Below are positions 1 to 12,999 of a stretch of DNA of 64,000 bases, piece after piece. Under the pieces are notes generated by a model. That model was not told where the DNA came from, did no database searches, and worked only from the letters and a program-made list of their open reading frames with translations. The position numbers and the translations under genes were made by a program. Source of the DNA: Octopus vulgaris (Eukaryota); NCBI GenBank assembly GCA_951406725.2, contig OX597821.1, forward strand, positions 7,192,001 to 7,256,000, written 5' to 3'. Positions within the stretch are counted from its first letter, which is position 1; the number at the start of each line of letters is the position of its first letter.

Positions 1-243
1 CGACAATTAATGACCAGAGTAAAGACTCTGTACAATACGAAAACACATTGCTTTCTTCGAGATTAAGAATTTAAAATGCAAATATATGACCCGACGAACT
101 CATTGTCAAATTTATCTCAAATTTTCCAGATTTACTTTGAGCCGAACAATTCACAGCAGACACGAATGTTTGTCAGTGAAGGCAATTTGCACATCATTAC
201 GTTTCTCACATATAAATCATCGAGAAATGTAAGAAACTATTGG

Positions 244-295
<52 letters not shown>

Positions 296-369
296 GCAAC
301 TGCTGCTGTTGCTGTTGCGGCTTTGTTTATCGGTTCTCTTTTATCAGGTATGAATGACTGGGTTTTAAT

Positions 370-605
370 ATCAGCAGCGTTAAAGTGGCGAGCTGGCAAA
401 ATGGTGGGAGAGTCGGGCAAAGCGCTCAGCGGCATTTCTTCAGGCTCTTTACATTCTGAGTTCAAATACTGTTGAAGTCGATTTTTGTCTTTCATCTTTT
501 CGGGGTCGATAAAATGAATACCAGTTGTACAGTGTGGTCGATGCAAATGGCTAACTCAACTCCTACAAAATTTCAGAGCATGTGTCTACATCAGACAGAA
601 TTATT
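370..605 (+). mobile_element. tRNA-derived SINE family A, diverged
   Basis: ggcgagctggca head, gagttcaaat B-box, tttcatcttttcggggtcgataaa core shared with copies at 7375, 14980-15731 and 47990. Confidence 0.8.
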
Positions 606-1559
606 ATTAATGGTTTGCACAGAACATATGATGACCGCTCGATCTACTGTCTGATGAGACTCGACAAAGACCCTAAGCAGACGTTACTTCCCTCAGTATA
701 TTTACAGTAATTGTTTAGAAAAGAGCAGTTCATATTTCCAGAGCTATTTGTTCAAGATACCCTCTCAACTTTAATGGCATGAAGCTCAAAGCTTCAACAA
801 TATCAAAGATTATGTGGTTGTTGTTCCGTAATTAATGACAGAACGTCACCATTGCTTATTTTTGTATTTTTTTCAATGCTTCTTTTCCCCCACCCCCGTC
901 TTCTGTAATAATCAACCTATTTCCGTTCACAGTTACTATCAGACATTTTGTATCTAAGCCAGAGAGGTTCGTCTGAACAACGAAGTCTCAAAAAATCTTA
1001 GCTTTGTCTCTGTCATTAAGAACACTTTCTGAGATAATCTGCTACCACCTGATATCCATACATTTTTTACACAGTGACTAATGGAAATGCAGACAAACCT
1101 TGTCACGTCTTTTATATTCTTTTTGCGTTAGCTTTCTGCACTCACTCGTTATGTGGGTGAGTTTACTGCCCTAAATCCACTGCATCTCTCTTTTTCACCA
1201 AGATGTTACATAACATTTAGTCACTGAATCAGTGCTCAGAATTTGGCCTTGGGCTGATTTAAGCATTACTTCAGTCTCCCTCTTTGGATCATTGCAAGAA
1301 AGTTAATCCTGAGTTATTTAGATGTTTGTAGTTTATATTGCCCATGCAATGACATTCTGATTAATTCTTCCTTAACTCACCTCTTAACCCTTTCATTACC
1401 ATATCTCCGTTGAAATACATTGGCTTTGTCTCAATTAATTTTGAAAATAATGAAGAATTTATTAAAATATATTTGTCATTACTAAGGTTGTGTTATGAAT
1501 ATAAATTAAAATGAAATTTTAATGGAAAGCTTTAATTTAAATCATTACTAAACGGAGAA

Positions 1560-2000
1560 TTTGTGTCAAAAATGGTCATCGAAGTACACAAAAGGGTTTG
1601 ATTGTGCGTCCCGTAGTGAAGATCAGAAAGCCTGGCTGTTGCACGTGTTGGAATGAAAGGTCTTTTATTCAGAATTAGAGAAGCTGAAAGGAATGGAACC
1701 TCAGGTATAGTAATAGCTACATCAGGTGACGTGTTCTTCTATGCTCAGAGAACCACCAGTTGTAATTCCGGAAGCGAGGGAAGGGATTGCTTTGTTGTCA
1801 CTCCCTAGTGCCGACTGAGGAACCGAAGGACTCGTTCTGCGGTAATGACGAAAAGATCAATCCGCCCTACGACGATGAAGAGGAAGAAGAGATGGAGAAT
1901 GAGCTGGAGACAGCCTCAAAGTAAGAAAACAGAACTCTACCAAAAGAGAAAAAGAAAAAAGAAAAGAAATGCACTCTTAGAAAAGACAAAGAAAAATGTA
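1560..2000 (+). mobile_element. Highly decayed LINE ORF1-like remnant
   Basis: VRPVVKIRKPGCCTC then GMKG across a frameshift resembles LRVVVEGRPPICCSCGEKGH of the ORF1 at 43653-44522; an E/K-rich tract follows. Confidence 0.3.
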
Positions 2001-2454
2001 AAAGGGATTCATTTTGTCCCTTGTCACATCGAAATCCACAGTTCTTCCCACAACAAAGGACGAATAAAAGGAGTTATGGATCAGCATGAAAATTTCAGGA
2101 TAAATTCATTGCCAGTTCACGATGAAATGGGCTCAGGTTACGTGGAGCATGCGAACTAAATAATATTAGTAAAATCCGACATACACTGGTGTGAAAAACT
2201 TTATGTAAACCATGAGTAAGGACGTGGGATTTTCTTTGGCCCCTCCGACTCCAAACTTGTCAAAGGCATTTTTGAAATTAGGAATAATTTGAATAATTTG
2301 AATAACTTCAAAGATGAGAAAGCAAAGAGATGTGATCAGATTTGTGGGGATCGGAGATCTGACTAAAAATGGAACTTTCTCTCCAGTGTATTGATATATG
2401 TTGCTCTTATTAGTAATATTTGTAGCTGTTCATTTACTTATATTAGTGTATATA

Positions 2455-2589
2455 ACACACACACACACGCACACACACGCACGCACACACACACGCACAC
2501 ACACACACAACACACACACACACACAACACACACGCACACGCACACACAACACACACAAAACACACACACACACAACACACGCACACGC

Positions 2590-2641
<52 letters not shown>

Positions 2642-2690
2642 CACACACGCACACACACACGCACACGCACACACACACACACACACACAC
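2455..2690. repeat. (CA)n compound microsatellite
   Basis: direct reading. Confidence 0.95.
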
Positions 2691-3034
2691 GTATGTTATT
2701 TATCCAATGTATTTATGTAAGCATGTATGTGTGTTCATTCGTCTATGATGTTCGCTCATTTTACATACCAGCAGCTTATGTTGCTGACGCCGCCAAATTT
2801 AACAACATCATCGTCAGGTGTCGAAGATATTTGGCCAATATTTGCCTTCCTGTGTGTTTTTGCCTGTTATCCCGTCGTCCCTTTGTCGTCCTTCTGTGTC
2901 CCATATTCTTATTGTGTGTGTGTGTGTGCGTGTGAGAGTGTGTGTGTATGTCTGTATATATGTATGTATAATACATGCATACACATACTAACACGCACAG
3001 AAACACATACACGCGCACACACACTCATACATAC

Positions 3035-3083
<49 letters not shown>

Positions 3084-3087
<4 letters not shown>

Positions 3088-3426
3088 TAAGTAGTTGAAT
3101 GAATTATCCTAGTATGGATAATTCGGTTAACCGATACCCGGGTAGCAAATTTACGTCAGAAAGCACGGTTGAAGCTACATTCCAAGGGCAGAAATCAAGT
3201 GCTTTCGTGTGGAAATTTGTGTGTTATCACTATGGACTCCGTGTGGCCAGTCATCTAAAAGTTTTTGTTCGTGATGATGCTGACATAAGTTCCTTGTCTT
3301 TCCTGATGAGTAGACGGCATAATGCACCCTTTATTCCTTCGGAATTAAGAATATGCAGTCTTCGAAACATATGTCGAGAATAAAGGAATTTTGTTAAATC
3401 GTCGTTCGACTCCATTCCTTCATTTA

Positions 3427-3427
<1 letters not shown>
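3084..3427 (+). mobile_element. ~345-bp non-coding element between two (TA)n arrays, Penelope/retrozyme-like
   Basis: (TA)n on both sides; internal hammerhead followed by AATAAA. Confidence 0.7.
3290..3388 (+). ncRNA. Type I hammerhead ribozyme
   Basis: CTGATGA 3303-3309; stem II 3310-3321/3352-3363 (10 of 12 paired); GAAAC-ATAT-GTC 3364-3375; stem I tttc/gaga plus ttcctt/aaggaa. Confidence 0.8.
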
Positions 3428-3483
<56 letters not shown>

Positions 3484-3989
3484 CTTTCGGTGCAATGGCT
3501 TTTTATATGGCGCCGTATTTTACAATCCTGTAAATAATAATAATGGTATTTTTATATAAGCTTAAAGCTTATAAAGGTCACCGTACAATGACTAAGGAAA
3601 ATAGTCTGATAAGGGGGCATATAAGCCCTCGACAGAGAAAAGAAGGCTTTCCTATCCGCGTTGAACTCGAACCCACATCCCTTATATATATATATATATC
3701 CGTTTGCAGTGGTAACGACCACAAACATGCAATAAAATAATAAAACTAATAACAGTTTTTTAAAATTAAAACAAACTATGACAGTACATGTGTCTTTTGT
3801 GTGATTATCATGACTCTAACGCGATGTTATCGTAAAAAAAGCAATAACTGTCAATTTAAAAGTTCTAAATAAAATTATTTTAATTTTATTTTCATTTTTT
3901 TTTTTTTGATAATCAAATTTTTATCAACAATTCATATGTACCGCCTCCGCTCTTCCACAGATCTCGTTGTCTCTCTGTACGTAAGTTTA

Positions 3990-4492
3990 GTTGGCACATG
4001 GGTTTGTTATGATGATGATGATGATGATGATGATGAGGGGGAGGAGGAGGAGGAGGAGGAGGAGGAGTACTTAGAGATATGGTAGAGGAAGCGAGGTAGG
4101 AAATAAGTGAGATAGAGATGTAGGAAAGTGAGAGAGATGGAGAAAAAAAGAAAGACAGAGAGAGAAAACAGTAGAATAGAGAAGAAAGATAGTTAGACAG
4201 ACAGACAGGCAGGCAGGCAAGCAGACAAACAGACGGATTGATAGGATAAAAGCAGGCAGGAGAGAGAGAGGGAGCAGCAAAGAAAGAAAGTAGAAAAAGA
4301 GAATAAGGAAAAAAGGAGAATGAAAGGTAAAAAAGATGTGGGGTTGGAAGAATGCAAGGGTCGAAAGAACGCAAGGGCAGGGAGAGCGCAGGATTGGGGA
4401 GAGGGCAGGATTGGGGAGAGGGGTAAATGGAGATTATAGGTAAGATACAGGTAAAGCAGAGAGATAGAAGGGGAAAGAGAATGATTGAATAG

Positions 4493-4528
<36 letters not shown>

Positions 4529-5030
4529 GAGAGGGGGTGGAATAGACAAATTACTGGAGTGGGAGAGATAGGTGGGATACAGAGAAGACGGAAAGAGCAG
4601 AGAGGGTGAGAATGGTAAAGGAGAGACAGGGGTTGACTAGATAGAGGGGATGTAGAGAGTAGGAGAGAGAGTGATGGAGAAAGGAAAGAAGAAAGATACA
4701 GAGGTGGACGGGTGAGAGTGGTAGGGTGAGAGAGAGAGAGAGAGAGAGAGATGGGAGAAAAAGAGGTGGATAGAGAGAGACAAGGGAAGAAAGTGATGGA
4801 ATAGGGAGCAAGATGAAGAAGGGAGAGAAGGAGTAAAACTGCGGTGAGAGAAAGATTGTTGCAGAAGAAGGGTTAAGGTTAGAAAGAAAAAGGTGGTAGA
4901 CAGAGTATGTGTGTGAGAAAGAGAGGGGGAAAGAGAAGGGGAGGGGGAGGAGGAGGGAGAGAGACAAAAAGCTAAGGAGAAAGAGAGAGAGGGGGAGAGG
5001 GAGGGAGGTAAGGGAGGAAGGGAGACGAGT
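3990..5030. repeat. (ATG)n, (GGA)n and a long purine-rich GA low-complexity tract
   Basis: direct reading. Confidence 0.9.
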
Positions 5031-5149
5031 GGTTGTGACTTTCCAAACTAATTGAAATCACGATCTTGTGGTGTGAACTTTGATCTTTTAGTTTTTTAAA
5101 CATTTCAATTAATTCATTAGATAATTTCATTGATCAGTTATCATTTCTA

Positions 5150-5795
5150 CAATCGTTGTCGTCATCGACGTCATCATCATCATCATCACCACCACCACTA
5201 TCATCATCATCATTATCGTCGTTGTCATCATCGACATCGTTGTCATAATTTTCATCGTATTCTATGATCATGATCGTGATGATAATGATAATGATAATGA
5301 TCATCATTTTCATCGCCAGCGTCATCCTCATCGTCATTGTCGTAGCCATCATCGTCACCATCGTTACCATCGTCGTCGTCGTTATCACCATTATCATCCT
5401 CATCATCATCAGCTTCGTCGCCACCATCATCGTCACCATCATCACCATCGTCGTCGTGGCCGTTGTCGTCGTCATCATCATCACCGTTCTCATCGTCTTC
5501 ATCGTCGTTGTCCTCGTCACCATCACCATCGTCGTCGTCATCGTCGTTGCCATCATCGTCACCATCATCATCATCGTCGTCATCGTCGTCATCATCATCA
5601 TCATCATCGTTGTCCTCGTCATCATCACCATCATCGTCGTCACCATTCTCATCGTAGTCGTCATCGTCATCGTCATCGTTATGTCCGTCATGATCATCGT
5701 CTTTGTTATCATTGTCGTCATCAAAGTTGTTGTCGTCTTCGTCATCGCTGTCATCACTGTTGTCATCTTCATCATCATCATCACCATCACCATCA
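5150..5795. repeat. Degenerate (TCA/TCG)n trinucleotide array
   Basis: direct reading; source of the poly-D/M/I ORFs. Confidence 0.95.
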
Positions 5796-5879
5796 CACGT
5801 CTTTGCGTGTGCGTGTGTATGAGTGTGTGTGTGTGCGTGTTTATGTATGTGTGTGTTTGTGTATGTGTGTGTGTGTGTC

Positions 5880-6092
5880 TTTGTGTCTGTTTGTCCCCTT
5901 CCACCGCTGGACAACTGGTGTTGGTGTGTTCACGCCCCCATAATCTAGCAGTTCGGCAAAATAAACCGATAGAATAAGTACCATGCTTCAAAAAATAAGT
6001 ACTGGAGGCGATAGCTTCGACTAAACATTTTCCATGACGGTGCCCCAGAATGGCCGCAACCAAATGACTGAAACAAATAGAAGATAAAAGAT
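5880..6092 (+). mobile_element. SINE family B, 3' half
   Basis: gttcggcaaaa..ccgatagaataagtac..tgactgaaaca, as in the full copy at 33889. Confidence 0.8.
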
Positions 6093-6098
6093 AGGAGC

Positions 6099-6175
<77 letters not shown>

Positions 6176-6189
6176 TGATAGATAGATAG

Positions 6190-6803
6190 ATATGTTTCTT
6201 TATTAGCCACATGGGCTGCACACAGACAGGACAAAATTACAAGGTAGAGCTATTCTTTTGGGGGTAAAAGAAGGGGGTTTGGTTTTCGATCAAAAGGGAT
6301 CGTAAATGGAAAGAAAGAGGACAAAAAGAAGGGGGGGGGATAAAATAGAATTTTTAAAAAGGAGGGGGTGAGGAAAAAAGGGGAGGTGAGGAAAAAAAGG
6401 GAGGTGAGGAAAAAAAGGGGAGGTGAGGGAAAAAAAAGGGAAAGGAAAAAAAATTGATCAATAGGGATCGTTATCACAGAAATGTCAATATGAAGTGTAA
6501 AGGGGAGGACAGGTGAGGTTTACCCGTGGAAAGAAAAGCCTACGGAAAAGACCACGGTAACCTCGGTCAATGAAATCACATGTTATATTTCTTTTTTTTT
6601 TTTGCAAATAAGCAACTCTCTGTATTAATTTTTACGGTTCATAGAATCATAGTCAAGGTGGCTTCGTCATTCATACGTGCCATCCTTGCTACATTCACCC
6701 ATCTTTTTTTAAAACATATACAAGACAAAACTTGCCTCTCTACTCTCACTTTCCTCTTCAAGTGATACTTGAAGAAGTTGATGAGAGATTGACCAGAGAG
6801 GAA
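6190..6803 (-). mobile_element. 3' end of an L1/Tx1-type LINE inserted in a (GATA)n array
   Basis: C-terminus LINFFKYHLKRKVRVERQVL..RWVNVARMARMND is similar to the end of the LINE at 16411-17560; AATAAA-containing tail; (GATA)n on both sides. Confidence 0.7.
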
Positions 6804-6811
6804 ATATAGAC

Positions 6812-6847
<36 letters not shown>

Positions 6848-6852
6848 GGGTG

Positions 6853-6897
<45 letters not shown>

Positions 6898-6917
6898 GTA
6901 GGTAGATAGATAGATAA

Positions 6918-6954
<37 letters not shown>

Positions 6955-7374
6955 GGGGGAGTGTGAGTGTGTGTGTGTGTACATTTGGATTTTGAAGGAC
7001 CGAATGCAGATGTGAATGTACAGGTTCTTGTACAATGGCTTTTTTGTTGCTGATACTGCGTTGGTAGACTTGAGTTGTGGTTTTGGAACCTGTTCTTACC
7101 ACATGTCTTGTTGACAGCGAGTGCGTTTTGTGGTCTAAGCACCACCAGTTTCAAAAATCCTCGGATCTTTCTTCAGAAATGCAGTGAGTTAGTTGTGCAG
7201 TCGTTGATAGACATTTCCAACAAAGACAGGATGCACTATTCTCCACATGCTTCAGGATTTTTATAAATTATTGTACTTCCTTGTCCAGCTGACCTGAAAT
7301 TTTTCTTCTTCGGACATGCAATGAGTAAGTCGAGTATAATTTAATACATATGTCCCCAACAAAGACGAGCATAC

Positions 7375-7546
7375 CTATTTCTTTATTACCCACAAGGGGC
7401 TAAACACAGAGGGGACAAACAAGGACAGACATAGGTATTAAGTCGATTATATCGACCCCAGTGCGTAACTGGTACTTAATTTATCGACCCCGAAAGGATG
7501 AAAGGCAAAGTCGACCTCGGCGGAATTTGAACTCACAACGTAACGC
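7375..7546 (-). mobile_element. 5'-truncated SINE A with 12-bp TSD
   Basis: agacgagcatac at 7363-7374 and 7547-7558. Confidence 0.9.
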
Positions 7547-7656
7547 AGACGAGCATACTCTGCTCCACAATGCTTAAGGAATGAAGCTTTTTGTAAATGG
7601 TTGCACTTCCTTCCTTGTCCAGCTGGCCTGAAATTTCTTCTTTTTTTTTTCATATA

Positions 7657-8561
7657 CCGTAAGGGTGGAAAGTAACTAGGCATTAGAAATTGCTTATAGA
7701 ATTTTTAATATCACTGAAGTCATGACGAAATCATTTTTTAAACAGACAACACTGATGGGGATTTCTTATTTTCTTATTTTCTTATTTCTTATTGTCTTAT
7801 TTTCCAGATGACCGGTCGCTTGACTGTTCAGGAGCGAGCTAAGATAGCAGCACGCTATGAAGTGTGGAATTCCATTGCTTTGGTTCAGAGATGGGGGTGT
7901 GCATAGAAAGGTAAGCATGCAACACTATGTCCGGAGACAATAAAAAGTTCTCATGCAAAGTTGATGACCACGGGTTCTGTGAACGATGCAAGAAGTGGTC
8001 GTCCAACCACATTTCGATCAGCGGAGAACGTGGCAACAGTACAGGAAATGTTTAATCGCAGCCCGCAAAAATCAACACGTCAAGCAGTTAGTGAAAGTGG
8101 ACTAACAAGACACACAATACGTGCAGCTTTGCATAAAGAAATGAATTTTCGTCCGTGGAAACCCCATTACGTGCAGGATCTAAAAACCTGAAGACTGTGA
8201 TCGCAGAAGTCCAGAAGTCCAGAACTCCAAGAAGTTCAGATCTCACTCCATGTGATTTTTACCTGTAGAGCTACATAAAAGAGGTGTATAAGACAAAACC
8301 TTGCACACTGGAGGATTTGGAGGCACGGATTCAGGAAGTTCTCAATGATATCCCAAACGACGTCCTTCAGGAGATTGTTCATTCCATCCGTGACCGTTTG
8401 AGGAAACTGGTTGACGCCGCCGGTGCTTACGTTGACATGTGAAGATTTACTTTCATTTTCCCATGTAATAAAGAACACGTATCATTTCTTTCAATAAATT
8501 TGTAAAAGGAATATGGATTTTACTATCAATTTTTAATGCCTGCTTACTTTCACCCACCCCG
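7657..8561 (+). mobile_element. Internally deleted Tc1/mariner-superfamily transposon
   Basis: TA flanks; imperfect TIRs (gaaagtaa..ggcatta.aaattg); remnants TGSVND.RSGRP, SPQKSTRQ and RSPDLTPCDFYL with stops. Confidence 0.85.
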
Positions 8562-9066
8562 TATGCAGTGAGTTAGTCGAGTATAAATTGATAAATATTT
8601 TTCCAGCAAAGACGAGAGTATCTGCTCCACAATGCTTCAGATATGAAGCTTTTTATTAGCGGTTGCACATCCTTCTTTGTCCAGCTGGCCTGAAATTTCT
8701 TTTCTTCATAAATGCAGTGAGTTAGTCGAGTATAATTTATAAACATTTTTACAGCAAAGACAGGTGTAAAATACTCCACAATGCTTCAGATATGAGCTTT
8801 GTAAACCGTTACTTTTCCTACGTTGTCCAGCTGACCTGAAATAGTTTTCTTAATGCTCCAAGCCTCTCTGCAACTTTTTGAAAGCTAATGGAAATACATT
8901 TTGTCTGGACCAGCCTATTGCTGTGAATGGTTACTCCCGAAATCGATTTTTTTGCTTTATGGATAGCTTGCGATTCCTAAAGTGCAATGCAAGGTTTCAT
9001 GGGTATCTTTCCTTCAAACAACCATCGATTTCTTTTCGTAATGACTGCTCAATCGTCTACCCAGAT

Positions 9067-9141
<75 letters not shown>

Positions 9142-9359
9142 CCGCGCAGATCTTGTGCGTCTGTAGCCATATGTGAGTGTGTATACGTGTCTAACACTCT
9201 TCCCGTCTCACACATACACACACTCGCACGCGCATACACACACACACACACACACACTTGTACATTTTACACATACCGGCATTGCCACACCTGCACATAT
9301 ACAATGATGAACAACCTATCTGTTGCAGTGTATGTTTATATGCATGTATGAATGTTTAC

Positions 9360-10140
<781 letters not shown>

Positions 10141-10769
10141 TATTATATTAATTTGTATATATACACACACGCGCGCGCACATGCATCCACACCTGTGACT
10201 CTATGAATGCGTGTGCGTGCTTGTCGTGCGAGCGTGTGTGCATGCGCCGTGCGTCTGGCAGTCGAAGCATTTAAAACTTGTTTGCCTGCGAGCGTCCAAG
10301 ACATTCTGGCATCGGGAGCCGTGTGACGTTGCAGAACAACAAAAGAATTGCTAAAAGATTATCACAGATCTCCTATAAATTCTTGCTATACATGTTTTCC
10401 TTCATTTTATCTCGTAATATTTATGGAAATTATTCCTAAGATTCTATTCAACATCTCGTTGTCGTTTCCTTTATGATGGACATTTCGTTTTTGTCTTCAC
10501 AGAATTCTTCTTTAATTCTCTTCGACAGATTAGTGTCAATTCTTCAAACGATTCCACTCTTTTGGGGTTGTTTTTTTTTTGTTGTTTTTGCTTGTCATTT
10601 ATTTGTTATTTTTGTATTTTTGGCGCTCCATGTGAGACGGAAAAAGAAATTACTGTTGCTTAACTGTATAATTACGTAATAACACAACTGGAAACAAAAA
10701 GATTAGGTATTCGCACATTGCACGAGACACGTGTTTGCAGACATGTTCCAGCACGTGTGTGAGAGACCT

Positions 10770-11296
10770 TCTGTGTGTGTGTGCGTGCATGCTTGTGTGT
10801 GTGTGTGTGTGTGTGTGCATGTGTGTGTGTTGCATGTGTGTGAGTGCCTGTGAGTGTGTGCGTGCATGTGTGTGTGTGTGTGTATGTGTGTGGGTGCCTG
10901 TGAGTGTGTGCGCGCATGTGTGTGTGTGTGTGTGTGCGTGCATGTGTGTGTGTGTGTGTGCGTGTGTATGTGTGTATGTGTGTGAGTGCCTGTGAGTGTG
11001 TGCGCGCATGTGTGTGTGTGTGCGTGTGTGTGTATGTGTGTGTGTGCCTGTGAGTGTGTGTGTGTGTGCACATGTGTGTGTGTATGTGTGTGAGTGCCTG
11101 TGAGTGTGCGCGTGCACGTGTGTGTGTGTGCGTGTGTGTGCGAGAGTGTGTGTGAAAGAGGTGTGTACGCGCGTGTGTGTGTACGTGAACGTGTGTATGT
11201 GTGTGCACGTGCACGTGTGTACGTGTGCGTGCGCACGTGTGTGCGTGCGCACGTGTGTGTGCGTGCGCACGTGTGTGTGCTTGTGCGTGTGTGTGT
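10770..11296. repeat. (TG)n array with recurring gtgcctgtgagtgtg punctuation
   Basis: direct reading. Confidence 0.9.
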
Positions 11297-11324
11297 CATA
11301 TTTTGTCTTTTGTTGATTATTTTT

Positions 11325-11535
11325 TATTTTTGCTTCAGTCGTTTGATTGCGGCCATACTGTAGCACTACCTTGAGGAATTTTAGTCGAACGAATCGATAC
11401 CTTTACCTTTATTTTTTATCATGCTATTTATTCTTTCTGTTAATTTTGTCGAACCGCTACGTTACAGGGACGTAAACATACCCACACCGGCTGTCAAGCA
11501 GTGGTAGAGGACACAGATGTAAGCACACACAAACA
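11325..11535 (-). mobile_element. SINE B 3' half
   Basis: reverse match to the family B tail. Confidence 0.75.
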
Positions 11536-11679
11536 CACACACATACATACATACATACATACATACATACATACCTACACACACACACATACATACACAC
11601 ACACATACATACATACATACATACATACATACATACATACATACATACATACATACATACATACATACATACATACATA

Positions 11680-11875
11680 CGAGGGGGTGCTGGTTTTAAG
11701 GGTATCGTGAAGGGCCTAATTGGCGGCACAACATTCTGAGTTCTCGGAAAACCAGAAGGCCCCCTGCAATAGGTGTGTGGATCTGAGAGGGGAATATGTT
11801 GAATAAAATCATAATTAACTGATCCTTTTACCTAATTTCTCTTACCAAAAGCCAAGAATTTATCAGCACTTACCA
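11680..11875 (+). mobile_element. Short mariner-derived MITE
   Basis: TA-cgagggggtgctg left end, tcagcac right remnant; internal gttgaataaaatcataattaactga shared with 13381-13545. Confidence 0.6.
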
Positions 11876-12213
11876 AACACACACACACACATATACATTC
11901 GGCCAATATCCCCAGCCATAAACACAACCGAGATCAGTGAATAAGTATTATATAAAAAATAAAGACATATATATATATAATAATAATATTAGGGAATAAA
12001 TCCAAACTTACAGGGAAAAATTAGATTTAGGATTAAATCCAATTTTATAGTAAAATATTATATTATATTAAATTAGAGATAAAACCACTATTAGGCAAAT
12101 CAAACAGTGAAAAACATAAGCCAATACATAATATTAATTTTAAAATATATATATATGTATATTTTTATATTTATATATTATTTTGTTTATTAATTAATAA
12201 ATTTTTTTTTTAA

Positions 12214-12611
12214 TCTCTTTATATATAAAGCTGAAGTTGTCTGTGTGTGGCGGCTTTAGTAGCTTTCAACTAACACTATCTCCTCCGAGACCCTGCGGCG
12301 CAAGTTGATCAAAATTGAGAGTATGATAGAAGAAGGCTTGCTCTTCCTTCTGTAGAAGAAAAAATTCCAATCGTACCATGTTAAGACAAAAAATTATTTA
12401 CATCAAAAAGGTGCTTCTTTTCTATGAAAATCCCTATTTTTTACGATTTTTTTAGTGTTGTGTCGCCATTTTTCGGTGTATTTGAACCAGAAAAATGTTC
12501 ACTTAAAGAGAATAACATGCTACATAATGCAAAATTTTTACTTTTCAAAAATTCCAATTCTAAAGGGTCAAAAAGAAAACAAACCCGAGCAATGCCGGGC
12601 CAAACTTCTAG
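12214..12611 (+). mobile_element. Non-autonomous Helitron
   Basis: A|TC 5' end, subterminal hairpin cccgagcaatgccggg 12584-12599, CTAG|T 3' end, no TSD. Confidence 0.85.
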
Positions 12612-12660
12612 TTTTATATAAATATGAAAAGTATTAAAAGTTTAATAAAAGATAAAGAGT

Positions 12661-12760
12661 AAAACACTACGATCGTTTCATGGCTGTACCAATTCGAATA
12701 ACAATAATTTAAATTCAGTTAATAATTCGAGTCATGGTTACAGTCAATCTTCAGGTTAAT
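12661..12760 (-). ncRNA. Type I hammerhead ribozyme with long stem II
   Basis: CTGAAGA 12754-12748; tgactgtaacca/tggtacagcca stem II extended by tcgaat/attcga; GAAAC-GATC-GTA 12679-12668; stem I weak. Confidence 0.65.
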
Positions 12761-12999
12761 TGAAATATTTTTAAAATAATCAGAAATATTTAAACAATAT
12801 TTTTAAGATATAAATAATATAATAATTTTACTTATAATAAACTCTATTATCAAACTAGAAACTTAAAACTTAATAATTATGATTATATCAAAATCGATTA
12901 TAATGTTAAATATTCATTTTAATTTTTAAAGTTAGAAACCCACCGATAATCTAATGTCAGTAATAGTCTCTATCTAATTACATAAATATTAAAAAAAAA

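Larger units (their letters stand above)
7177..8850. repeat. Four diverged ~140-bp tandem units interrupted by a SINE and a Tc1-like element
   Basis: atgcagtgagttagt..caaagac..ctccacaatgctt..tgtccagctgacctgaaat recurs at about 7177, 7316/7559, 8563 and 8711. Confidence 0.85.

Noticed and set aside
645-680. Isolated CTGATGA motifs (651, 26430, 27111, 58418) and ctgataa near 3606
   Set aside because: No properly placed GAAA and stems found.
5134-6234. 366-aa and 220-aa ORFs rich in M/T or D
   Set aside because: Translations of (TCA/TCG)n, (CA)n and (GATA)n repeats; no splice or domain evidence.
7177-8850. Spaced repeats as a CRISPR-like array
   Set aside because: Eukaryotic context, long diverged units, interruptions are transposons, no cas genes.
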